From an uncultured Leptolinea sp. (GTDB taxonomy: Bacteria > Chloroflexota > Anaerolineae > Anaerolineales > Anaerolineaceae), in assembly GCA_964457635.1 (NCBI GenBank), contig CAYWGX010000001.1:1-58592 (forward strand): DNA of 58,592 nucleotides, given 5' to 3'. Positions 28,177 through 36,816 of the stretch are shown here, piece after piece; position 1 is the stretch's first letter; the number at the start of each line of letters is the position of its first letter. The notes under the pieces were generated by a model, which ran no database searches, was not told the origin of the DNA, and worked only from the letters and a program-made list of their open reading frames with translations. The translations under genes were made by a program, and so were the position numbers.

Positions 28177-29331
28177 GTGAACCAACGCGATGATGAAAAA
28201 GTTCTGATCATGCTGGACCAAACCCTGGCTGACGCCGGGAACGCGTCCGCGTCAGGCGCAGACCGTGCTCCGGATGACTACAGCACCGAGAGCATGGATT
28301 TCTGCGGCATCACCGCATTGATCCTTGACCACACGGAAGATGTCTTCGCGCTCACCCGTGTCCTGGACAAAAACTCCTCCCAATATCTCAAAACCTGCAA
28401 AGTACTGGTGAAAGCCGTTGACCATCTGGGCAGCGCCTTTCTCACCAAGACCGCCATGATCCAGCGGGGTTTTGATGTGAGCGGTCTTGAGCCGCTTACC
28501 GCGGAACGTCTGAATCAGATGATCTCCTGCAATGCCCGGAAGGTGGATGATGCCCTGCGGATCAAAAAACAGAAAGATCATGAACTGGACACGGACCTGT
28601 TCGAGCTGCTGCTGACCTTCGCCAACACGATGGGAAGGCTGCGTTCCACACAGTACCGTTCCTACAGTCTGAATCTCTGCCTGGCCAATCCCGATAAATT
28701 GGCAGAAAAGGCTCTCTCCTTCACGAAAGAAGACGGCAACCGCAAGCATGCAGCCAAGCACAGCACAAATGCACCTTTCCGCGATTTTCCATCTTATCCG
28801 GTGCGCGTGGATGCAATCATGGGAAATCAGAAATCAGAAATAAGAAATCAGAAATCTGATGAGAATGAAGAAGTAAGAATGAAGAATGAAGAAATGGCGG
28901 GTGAGAATGAAGAAGTCGTCACGGCGGAAATGAATGAAAAAGGGCCGGAAGATTCGGCAGCTTCAGCTTCCGCTGATCAGCATTCTTCCTGCCACAGGGA
29001 ACAGCTCAGCAAAAAGGCTTCCAACCGCAGGGTAGCTGAAGAAATAGCGGAATATGAAGTGAGTGATCCACCGGGAGAGATGGAGACAGCGATGCCGGAA
29101 GATGACGAGATTGAAAAATATCTCAATTGGACGGATGAGCAGGAGCAGAAAATTTTCGAACTGACAGAACCGGAGCAGGATCTGTTCATGGATACGATCT
29201 CTTCTCAAGGCAAGATCAGTCAGCTGAGAAATTGTATCAATGATCCTATGTACAGTCAATTTTATCCGGACCGGGTCGTCATGTGCCGCCATGTGCTGGA
29301 AACCCTGGCTCTCTGGAATCGCGAAAAATAA
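28177..29331 (+). CDS. Hypothetical protein (orphan family member A; paralogue of 49335-50393)
   Basis: GGGAGG RBS with GTG start; 384 aa; own promoter and terminator; aligns with ORF B. Confidence 0.85.
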   Translation: MNQRDDEKVLIMLDQTLADAGNASASGADRAPDDYSTESMDFCGITALILDHTEDVFALTRVLDKNSSQYLKTCKVLVKAVDHLGSAFLTKTAMIQRGFDVSGLEPLTAERLNQMISCNARKVDDALRIKKQKDHELDTDLFELLLTFANTMGRLRSTQYRSYSLNLCLANPDKLAEKALSFTKEDGNRKHAAKHSTNAPFRDFPSYPVRVDAIMGNQKSEIRNQKSDENEEVRMKNEEMAGENEEVVTAEMNEKGPEDSAASASADQHSSCHREQLSKKASNRRVAEEIAEYEVSDPPGEMETAMPEDDEIEKYLNWTDEQEQKIFELTEPEQDLFMDTISSQGKISQLRNCINDPMYSQFYPDRVVMCRHVLETLALWNREK

Positions 29332-29338
29332 AAGTATA

Positions 29339-29396
29339 AAAGCACCTGATATTCGTGTACCGGTTTTGCGTCGGTACACGGATATCAGGCGTTTTT
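29339..29396 (+). terminator. Long-stem terminator after orphan gene A
   Basis: CCTGATATTCGTGTACCG/CGGTACACGGATATCAGG stem followed by TTTTT. Confidence 0.85.
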
Positions 29397-29430
29397 GTGT
29401 TGCAAATCGCTGCCATAACGTTTGAATTTG

Positions 29431-29460
29431 TTGACAGAATCATTTTATTTGAATTAGAAT
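29431..29460 (+). promoter_or_regulatory. Sigma70-type promoter of the T-box leader
   Basis: TTGACA-18 bp-TAGAAT immediately upstream of stem I. Confidence 0.65.
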
Positions 29461-29469
29461 AGAATCTTA

Positions 29470-29737
29470 ATTGCAGTGAAGGAAACCCAGTAGCCTGCCG
29501 AAACGGGACTGCAGAGAATCAGCGGTTGGTGAAAGCTGATGCCCGGCCTCAGGTGAAATACATTCCGGAGCAGCCGGCTGAACCCGTTCTGCGGCAGTAG
29601 GCCTGAGCCGGGTTCGCCCGTTATCGCGAAAGGGATCATATAATTATCCTGCTGAGGCTGTGAATGTGAGTTCACGGTAAACTGAGGTGGTACCACGGGA
29701 ATTCTCGTCCTCTGATGTGTTGTCAGAGGATTTTTTT
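29470..29737 (+). ncRNA. T-box riboswitch, Tyr (UAC) specifier, transcriptional attenuator
   Basis: Stem I with AGTA, AGAGA and GGTGAAAGCTGA; specifier loop GAAA-TAC-A (29559-29561); T-box AAACTGAGGTGGTACCACG; terminator TCCTCTGA/TCAGAGGA plus T7. Confidence 0.93.
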
Positions 29738-29753
29738 ATGGAGGAGATGCTTT

Positions 29754-31391
29754 ATGGTTATTACGGACTTTCTGGAGAGAAATGCCAGGCTTTACGGCAG
29801 CGAAGTTGCCCTTGTTGAAATCAACCCGTCTGAAGACCGGGATCGGGCTTCTACCTGGCGGGAAGCAAATCTGGTTGAAGCTGCCAGCCCCGATGCCCCA
29901 TATCGACGGGAGCTGAATTGGGCTGAATTCGACCGGCGGGCGAACCGTTTTGCGAATCTGCTGCTGAGCCGCGGTACAAAACGCGGTACCAAGGTCGGGA
30001 TCCTGATGATGAACTGCCTGGAATACCTGCCGATCTATTTCGGTATCCTGAAAGCCGGCTGTCTGGCGGTACCGATGAACTTCCGTTACTCGTCCGACGA
30101 GATCCAGTATTGTCTGGACCTGGCTGATGTGGAAATTCTCGTTTTCGGACCGGAATTTGTGAGCCGTATGAATGAGATCGTCCACGATATTCCAAAGACA
30201 AAAACACTGTTCTTTGTGGGAAAAAACGGTCCTGATTACACCGAAGACTGCATTCATTTGATGGGCTTTTGCTCGACCCAGCTGCCGCCGGTTTCTCTGG
30301 ATGAAAACGACTTTGCCGCAATCTATTTCTCATCCGGGACTACAGGCTTCCCGAAAGCGATCCTGCATCGTCATAAGGCGCTGGTCTGTTCCTGCATGAC
30401 GGAACAGAAACATCACGGACAGACCCGGGATGATGTCTTCCTCTGCATACCGCCGCTTTATCATACCGGAGCAAAAATGCACTGGTTCGGCAGTCTGATC
30501 TCCGGCAGCAAAGCGGTTCTGCTGCGCGGTAATAAACCGAAATGGATCCTGCGGGCGGTAACGGAAGAAAAATGCACCATCGTCTGGCTGCTGGTCCCCT
30601 GGGCACAGGACATTCTGGATGCCATTGACCGCGGTGATGTGGACCTGAACCATTACATGCTGGAGCAGTGGCGGCTGATGCACATCGGTGCCCAGCCGGT
30701 GCCGCCCAGCCTCATCAACCGCTGGAAAAAGGTCTTCCCCCACCATGAATATGATACCAACTATGGCCTTTCCGAATCATTGGGTCCGGGCTGCGTGCAT
30801 CTGGGTGTGGAAAACATCCACAAGGTCGGTGCCATCGGCAAACCGGGATACCTGTGGGAGGCCAAAGTCGTCAACGGACATGGCGAAGAGGTGCAGGGCG
30901 ATGAAGTCGGCGAACTGGCTGTTCACGGTCCCGGCGTGATGGAGTGTTATTACAAGAATCCGGAAGCCACGGATGAGATTTTGAAGGACGGCTGGCTCTA
31001 TACCGGTGATATGGCGAAGGTGGATGAGGATGGCTTTATATATCTGGTTGACCGGAAGAAGGATGTGATCATCACCGGTGGTGAGAACCTTTATCCGGTG
31101 CAGATCGAAGATTTCCTGCGAGCTTATGACAAGATCAAGGATGTGGCAGTCATCGGTCTGCCGGACCAGCGTCTGGGTGAAATCGCGGCTGCGATCATCG
31201 AAATCAAACCGGACATGACCTGTACCGAAGAAGATATCACAAATTTCTGCATGAATCTGCCTCGTTACAAAAGACCGCGTAAAATTATATTCGATAAAGT
31301 ACCCCGCAATCCAACGGGGAAAATCGAAAAACCCGCACTGAGAGAAAAGTACTGCAAAGGCCGTTTGGTGGAAGTCCAGATCAACAGCTGA
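29754..31391 (+). CDS. Acyl-CoA synthetase (AMP-binding, class I adenylate-forming); start placed at ATG 29754
   Basis: YFSSGTTGFPK, YGLSE, GWLYTGD, DRKKD, GKI motifs; GGAGGA RBS. Confidence 0.93.
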   Translation: MVITDFLERNARLYGSEVALVEINPSEDRDRASTWREANLVEAASPDAPYRRELNWAEFDRRANRFANLLLSRGTKRGTKVGILMMNCLEYLPIYFGILKAGCLAVPMNFRYSSDEIQYCLDLADVEILVFGPEFVSRMNEIVHDIPKTKTLFFVGKNGPDYTEDCIHLMGFCSTQLPPVSLDENDFAAIYFSSGTTGFPKAILHRHKALVCSCMTEQKHHGQTRDDVFLCIPPLYHTGAKMHWFGSLISGSKAVLLRGNKPKWILRAVTEEKCTIVWLLVPWAQDILDAIDRGDVDLNHYMLEQWRLMHIGAQPVPPSLINRWKKVFPHHEYDTNYGLSESLGPGCVHLGVENIHKVGAIGKPGYLWEAKVVNGHGEEVQGDEVGELAVHGPGVMECYYKNPEATDEILKDGWLYTGDMAKVDEDGFIYLVDRKKDVIITGGENLYPVQIEDFLRAYDKIKDVAVIGLPDQRLGEIAAAIIEIKPDMTCTEEDITNFCMNLPRYKRPRKIIFDKVPRNPTGKIEKPALREKYCKGRLVEVQINS

Positions 31392-31427
31392 GACAGAAAT
31401 ATTCGGTTACTTTGAAAAGAGGTTGTG

Positions 31428-33155
31428 ATGAAGAAATTACTTTTGGGCAATGAAGCCGTGGCAAGGGGCCTGTATGAGGCGGGCTGCGGTTTTGTGTCCT
31501 CTTATCCCGGAACCCCGAGCACGGAAATCACGGAAGAAGCCGCGAAATATGAGGAAATTTATGCGGAATGGGCTCCGAATGAAAAAGTGGCGATGGAAGC
31601 AGCCTTTGGCGCCAGCCTTTCCGGTATCCGCAGTTTCTGCGGTATGAAACATGTTGGCCTGAATGTGGCTGCCGACCCGCTCTTTACCCTGTCCTATACC
31701 GGCGTCAATGCCGGGATGATCATCGCGGTTGCGGATGATGCGGGGATGCATTCCTCACAGAATGAACAGGATTCCCGTCATTATGCTATCGCTGCCAAGC
31801 TGCCGATGTTTGAGCCCGCTGATTCTGCGGAAGCACTGGAATTCACAAAACTGGCATATGAGATCTCCGAAAAGTATGATACCCCGGTCCTGATGAAAAT
31901 GTGCACCCGTGTGGCCCATTCACAAAGCGTTGTGGAATTGAACGAACGTGAGAATGTTGCCCGCAAACCCTACGCCAAAGACGTCACGAAATGGGTCATG
32001 ATGCCTGCCATGGCAAAAAGGCGCCATCCGGTCGTGGAAGAGCGGACCCGCAAACTCGTCGAATTCGCTGAAACTTCTGCGGTGAACCGTGTGGAAGACG
32101 GCAGTGATAACAGCATTGGGATCATCACTTCCTCAACATCTTATCAATATGTCAAGGAAGCCTGCGGTGACCGCTATCCGGTCCTCAAGCTCGGCATGAT
32201 CAACCCGCTGCCGGAACAGAAGATCCGTGAATTTGCAGCTTTGGTGGATCAACTGGTCGTTGTGGAGGAGCTTGATAACATTGTCGAGACACATTGCCGT
32301 TCATTAGGTCTGGATGTCTGCGGAAAAGAGATCTTCCCCCTGATCGATGAATTCAGCCAGAACCTGGTGGCAGAAAAACTGGGACAGAAAAAACATGAAG
32401 GCAAAAAGCTGGATGAGGCTCTGCCCGCCCGTCCGCCTGTGATGTGCGCCGGCTGTCCGCATCGCGGTCTGTTTTATACACTGAAAAAGCTGAAGCTGAC
32501 TGTGTTGGGCGATATCGGCTGCTATACCCTGGGAGCGGCGGCTCCCTTATCCGCGATCGATACCACGATCTGCATGGGGGCTTCAGTCTCCGGGATCCAT
32601 GGCTATAATAAAGCCTCTAATGAAGAAAATGCCGGCAGGACGGTAGCTGTGATCGGTGATTCCACCTTCATGCATTCCGGTGTTACCGGTTTGATCAACA
32701 TCGCCTATAACGAATCCAATTCGACTGTGATCATCCTGGATAACTCCATCACCGGCATGACCGGTCACCAGCAGAATCCTACCACCGGCATCAACCTGAA
32801 AGGCGATCCTGCCGGGAAGATCAACCTGGAAAAGCTTTGCGAGTCCATCGGGATCCAATCGATTCGGGTGGTCGATCCTTATAACCTGAAGCAATGCGAA
32901 GAGACAATCAAAGAAGAACTGGCAAAGGACTGTGCCTCGGTGATCATCTCCCGGCGTCCCTGTGCACTGCTGAAATATGTCAAGCATCCGGGACCGATCG
33001 CGGTGAACCGCGATAAATGTGTGGGCTGCAAATCCTGCATGAAGGTCGGCTGTCCGGCCATCAGCATGAAAGACGGCAAGGCGCTCATTGATAACACGCT
33101 GTGCACCGGCTGCCGTGTCTGCACGCAGATGTGTAAAGTTAACGCTATCGGCTGA
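31428..33155 (+). CDS. iorA: Indolepyruvate (arylpyruvate):ferredoxin oxidoreductase alpha subunit
   Basis: GNEAVARG, YPGTPSTE, KHVGLNVAAD, CAGCPHR, GDIGCY, GDSTF TPP motif; C-terminal 2x[4Fe-4S]. Confidence 0.96.
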   Translation: MKKLLLGNEAVARGLYEAGCGFVSSYPGTPSTEITEEAAKYEEIYAEWAPNEKVAMEAAFGASLSGIRSFCGMKHVGLNVAADPLFTLSYTGVNAGMIIAVADDAGMHSSQNEQDSRHYAIAAKLPMFEPADSAEALEFTKLAYEISEKYDTPVLMKMCTRVAHSQSVVELNERENVARKPYAKDVTKWVMMPAMAKRRHPVVEERTRKLVEFAETSAVNRVEDGSDNSIGIITSSTSYQYVKEACGDRYPVLKLGMINPLPEQKIREFAALVDQLVVVEELDNIVETHCRSLGLDVCGKEIFPLIDEFSQNLVAEKLGQKKHEGKKLDEALPARPPVMCAGCPHRGLFYTLKKLKLTVLGDIGCYTLGAAAPLSAIDTTICMGASVSGIHGYNKASNEENAGRTVAVIGDSTFMHSGVTGLINIAYNESNSTVIILDNSITGMTGHQQNPTTGINLKGDPAGKINLEKLCESIGIQSIRVVDPYNLKQCEETIKEELAKDCASVIISRRPCALLKYVKHPGPIAVNRDKCVGCKSCMKVGCPAISMKDGKALIDNTLCTGCRVCTQMCKVNAIG

Positions 33156-33169
33156 AAAGGAGTTTGGAC

Positions 33170-33745
33170 ATGGAAACGAAAAACATCATGATCGTTGGTG
33201 TCGGCGGGCAGGGAACGCTGCTTGCCAGCAAGCTTCTCGGCCGTTTGCTGCTGACACGGAATTATGACATCAAAGTCAGTGAAGTGCATGGCATGAGCCA
33301 GCGCGGCGGCTCTGTTGTGACGTATGTACGCTATGGGGACAAAGTCTATTCGCCCATTATTGACAAAGGGGAAGCAGACTTTATCCTTTCCTTTGAACTG
33401 CTGGAAGCTGCCCGTGCAGCGGAATGGCTGCGCCCTGAAGGGACGCTGATTACCAATACCCAGCAGATCAATCCGATGCCGGTCATCACCGGCGCGGTGT
33501 CCTATCCGGAAGACCTTTTGGGAAAACTGAAAAATTTGGGGTTGAAGGTCGATGAATTGGACGCTCTTTCGCTTGCACAGCAGGCGGGCTCATCCAAAGC
33601 GGTGAACCTGGTTCTGCTGGGCCGGCTGTCAAATTATTTCCATGACTTCACGGAAAAGGAATGGATGACGGCCATCGAACAGAGCGTTCCGGAAAAATTC
33701 CTGGAAATGAATAAAAAAGCGTTCCATTTGGGACGGATCGCTTAG
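33170..33745 (+). CDS. iorB: Indolepyruvate oxidoreductase beta subunit
   Basis: GVGGQG and SEVHGMSQRGGSV motifs; follows iorA. Confidence 0.96.
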   Translation: METKNIMIVGVGGQGTLLASKLLGRLLLTRNYDIKVSEVHGMSQRGGSVVTYVRYGDKVYSPIIDKGEADFILSFELLEAARAAEWLRPEGTLITNTQQINPMPVITGAVSYPEDLLGKLKNLGLKVDELDALSLAQQAGSSKAVNLVLLGRLSNYFHDFTEKEWMTAIEQSVPEKFLEMNKKAFHLGRIA

Positions 33746-33762
33746 GAGTTATTTTTATTTTT

Positions 33763-35064
33763 ATGAGTGGTAAGTATTTTCAACCCGAAATTGAATGTGC
33801 CGATCCTGCGGAGCTGAAGCGGATCCAGAGTGAAAAACTGGTGAAGCAGGTTTGGCATGTGTGGAACAATGTTCCCTACTATCGTGCCAAGATGGAAGCC
33901 AAAGGTGTCACACCCGAGGATATCCATGGCGTTGAAGACCTTCACAAGCTGCCTTTCCTTTCGAAGGCGGACCTGAAGGAAGCCTATCCTTATGGCCTGA
34001 TGGGCTGTCCCCGCAAGGATGTGGTGCGTATCCAGTCCACATCCGGGACGACCGGCAAACGGGTCATTGCTTTTTACACCAAAGAAGACCTGGACATGTG
34101 GTCCGATTGTACGGCCCGTGCCATTGTGGCTGCCGGCGGTGATGAGAACGATGTGGTGCAGGTCTGTTATGGCTACGGTCTTTTCACCGGCGGCGCGGGA
34201 CTGAATGACGGTTCCCACAAAGTCGGCTGCATGACACTGCCGATGTCTTCGGGAAATACCGAGCGTCAGCTGCAGTTCATGGTCGACCTGGGTGCCACGA
34301 TCCTCTGCTGTACGCCTTCCTATGCTGCTTATCTGGGGGAATCCATCAAAGAAGCCGGCATACGGGATCAGATCCAGCTGAAAGCCGGTATCTTCGGTGC
34401 GGAAGCCTGGAGTGAGGAAATGCGGCACGATATCGAAAAGTCGCTCGGCATCAAGGCTTATGACATTTACGGTCTGACTGAACTGACCGGCCCGGGCGTC
34501 TCTTTTGAGTGTGAAGAACAGAGCGGCATGCACATCAATGAAGATCATTTCATCGCTGAGATCATCGATCCGGAAACGGAAGAAGTTCTTCCAGAAGGAT
34601 CTGTTGGCGAATTGGTGTTCACAGCGATCGATAAGGTCGGTTTCCCGATGATCCGTTACCGCACGCGGGATATCTGCGTTCTCAAGCGGGAAAAATGCTC
34701 CTGCGGGCGCACGTTCATCAAGATGGGCAAACCGATGGGCCGCTCTGATGTCATGCTGATCATCAAGGGCGTGAACGTCTTCCCGTCTCAAATCGAAGCT
34801 GTTCTGCTTGAGGAAGGCTTCCCTGCCAACTATCAGATCATCGTGGACCGTGTCAATAATTCCGATACACTGGAAGTCCAGGTCGAAATGACACCGGAAT
34901 TGTTCTCGGATAATCTGGGTAAGATCAGTGAAGTCGAGAAACAGCTCATCGGTTCTCTGAAGGCTATGCTGGGAATTTATGCGAAAGTTCGTCTGGTTGC
35001 GCCGAAATCCATCACACGCAGTGAAGGCAAGGCCGTCCGGGTGATCGACAAGCGTAAGATCTGA
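33763..35064 (+). CDS. paaK: Phenylacetate--CoA ligase family protein
   Basis: STSGTTGK, YGYGLFTGG, TPSYA, GAEAWSE, YGLTE, RYRTRD, GKAVRVIDKR. Confidence 0.93.
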   Translation: MSGKYFQPEIECADPAELKRIQSEKLVKQVWHVWNNVPYYRAKMEAKGVTPEDIHGVEDLHKLPFLSKADLKEAYPYGLMGCPRKDVVRIQSTSGTTGKRVIAFYTKEDLDMWSDCTARAIVAAGGDENDVVQVCYGYGLFTGGAGLNDGSHKVGCMTLPMSSGNTERQLQFMVDLGATILCCTPSYAAYLGESIKEAGIRDQIQLKAGIFGAEAWSEEMRHDIEKSLGIKAYDIYGLTELTGPGVSFECEEQSGMHINEDHFIAEIIDPETEEVLPEGSVGELVFTAIDKVGFPMIRYRTRDICVLKREKCSCGRTFIKMGKPMGRSDVMLIIKGVNVFPSQIEAVLLEEGFPANYQIIVDRVNNSDTLEVQVEMTPELFSDNLGKISEVEKQLIGSLKAMLGIYAKVRLVAPKSITRSEGKAVRVIDKRKI

Positions 35065-35077
35065 CTGGAGGAATCTC

Positions 35078-35509
35078 ATGGAAATTTATCAGGTTTCAGT
35101 ATTTTTGGAAAACCAGGCAGGGAAATTGTCTGAGGTGACGAACCTGCTGGCTGAAAACGGGATCGACCTTCGTGCCATCAACATTGCAGAATCTTCCGAT
35201 TACGGTGTGCTTCGCATCATCACCAGTGATGCGGAGAAGGCTGTTGAGGTTCTGCGCGAACACGGTTTTATCGTGAACTGCACGGCAGTCCTCGGTGTCA
35301 GTGTCCCGGACCGTCCGGGCGGACTGGCACACCTTCTGCGTCAGCTGGCGGAAGAGAACTTTGATGTGGAGTATATGTATTCTGTCTTCGGTCAGCCGAA
35401 CGGTCTCGCATACATGATTTTGCGTGTAGATAATATCGAAGAAGTTCGTGCATCGCTCGAAAGAGATGGCATCCATACTGCCGATTGTGCAGAATTGGGA
35501 ATAAAATAG
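35078..35509 (+). CDS. Tandem ACT-domain protein
   Basis: QVSVFLEN..GKL, DRPGGLA, VEYMY; typical neighbour of paaK/ior. Confidence 0.92.
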   Translation: MEIYQVSVFLENQAGKLSEVTNLLAENGIDLRAINIAESSDYGVLRIITSDAEKAVEVLREHGFIVNCTAVLGVSVPDRPGGLAHLLRQLAEENFDVEYMYSVFGQPNGLAYMILRVDNIEEVRASLERDGIHTADCAELGIK

Positions 35510-35583
35510 ATGTCAGTTGCCAGTTGCCAGTTGTAATAGGTGGGCGCTTTGCGCCTTTAATTTGAGAAAGAGGTACCTAAAAG

Positions 35584-36750
35584 ATGAAAGAAATGAGCAG
35601 GCGCAATGCCTTGTTTACGGATTCTATTATCCGACGTATGACCAGAATTTCCATCGCCAACAACGCGATCAACCTTTCCCAGGGTTTCCCGGATTTTGAT
35701 CCCCCGAAGGAAATGACCGACAGGCTGAAGGAAGTCAGTGCACTTGGCCCGCATCAGTATCCGATCACGATGGGTGCCCCGAATTTCCGTCAGGCACTTT
35801 GCGAAAAATGCGGCCGTTTTATGGGAATGACCTTTGACCCGGACAAGGAAGTTGTTGTGACCATCGGTTCTACCGAGGCCATGGTGGACACCATTTTTGC
35901 GCTCACCAACCCGGGTGACAAGATCATCATCTTCTCTCCTTATTTCGAGAACTATAAGGCCCAGACGATTTTCGCTGACTGTGAACCGATTTTCGTCCCG
36001 CTGATTCCGCCGACCTATCATTTTGATCCGGCGGTGCTGGAGGATGCGTTCAAGCAGGACCCGAAGGCGATTTTGATCTGCAATCCGTCCAATCCCTCCG
36101 GCAAGGTCTTCACTATGGAAGAGCTGACCTTTATTGCGGATCTGTGCAAGAAGTATGATGTCTATGCCATCATGGACGAACCTTACGAACATATCGTTTA
36201 TGATGACAACAAACATATCTATATGGCCAGTCTGCCGGGTATGTACGAGCGGACTGTTTCCTGCTCCAGCCTTTCCAAGACCTATTCCATCACCGGCTGG
36301 CGTCTGGGCTATGCAATCGCTCCGGAACCGATCATGGAACGCATCAAACAGTATCATGACTTCAACACCGTCGGTGCCGCATCCCCGCTGATGGAAGCTG
36401 CCTGCGTCGGTCTTCGCTTCCCGGACAGCTATTATGTGGAATTCCAGGCACATTACGCCCACATGAAGGATATCTTCTGCGGCGGTATGCGTAATATCGG
36501 TATTCCCTTCACGGAACCGCAGGGTACCTATTTCGTGCTGGCGGACATTCGTCCTTACATGAAACCGGGGCAGAATGATGTGGATTTCTGTGTTGAAATG
36601 ACAAAGAAGATCGGTGTGGCGGCTGTACCGGGCAGTTCTTTCTTCAAGGAAGGTGGAGAGGGGATCATCCGGCTGCATTATGCCAAGAAGGATGAAACCC
36701 TTTACGAGGCACTGGACAGACTCTCCAACATCAAAAAGATGCTTGATTAA
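35584..36750 (+). CDS. PLP-dependent class I/II aminotransferase
   Basis: INLSQGFPDF, NPSNPSG, DEPYEH, SLSKTYSITGWRLG. Confidence 0.95.
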   Translation: MKEMSRRNALFTDSIIRRMTRISIANNAINLSQGFPDFDPPKEMTDRLKEVSALGPHQYPITMGAPNFRQALCEKCGRFMGMTFDPDKEVVVTIGSTEAMVDTIFALTNPGDKIIIFSPYFENYKAQTIFADCEPIFVPLIPPTYHFDPAVLEDAFKQDPKAILICNPSNPSGKVFTMEELTFIADLCKKYDVYAIMDEPYEHIVYDDNKHIYMASLPGMYERTVSCSSLSKTYSITGWRLGYAIAPEPIMERIKQYHDFNTVGAASPLMEAACVGLRFPDSYYVEFQAHYAHMKDIFCGGMRNIGIPFTEPQGTYFVLADIRPYMKPGQNDVDFCVEMTKKIGVAAVPGSSFFKEGGEGIIRLHYAKKDETLYEALDRLSNIKKMLD

Positions 36751-36779
36751 AGAACATCATTGTAATCAAATGGGAATTG

Positions 36780-36811
36780 CAGCAGGAAGACCGTTTCCGG
36801 TTTCCTGCTGT
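36780..36811. terminator. Hairpin between convergent genes
   Basis: CAGCAGGAA-gACCG-tttc-CGGT-TTCCTGCTG. Confidence 0.65.
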
Positions 36812-36816
36812 TTGTT

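Noticed and set aside
29454-29753. 80-aa minus-strand ORF (29454-29696) and the 29715 upstream start of the ligase
   Set aside because: Both overlap the T-box leader or terminator; the RBS supports ATG 29754.
33742-36678. Long antisense ORFs (33742-35079 and 35557-36678; likewise 7740-8711, 21715-22737, 22986-23999, 55880-56866)
   Set aside because: They are shadows of well-supported genes on the opposite strand, with no motifs or RBS; expected from codon bias.
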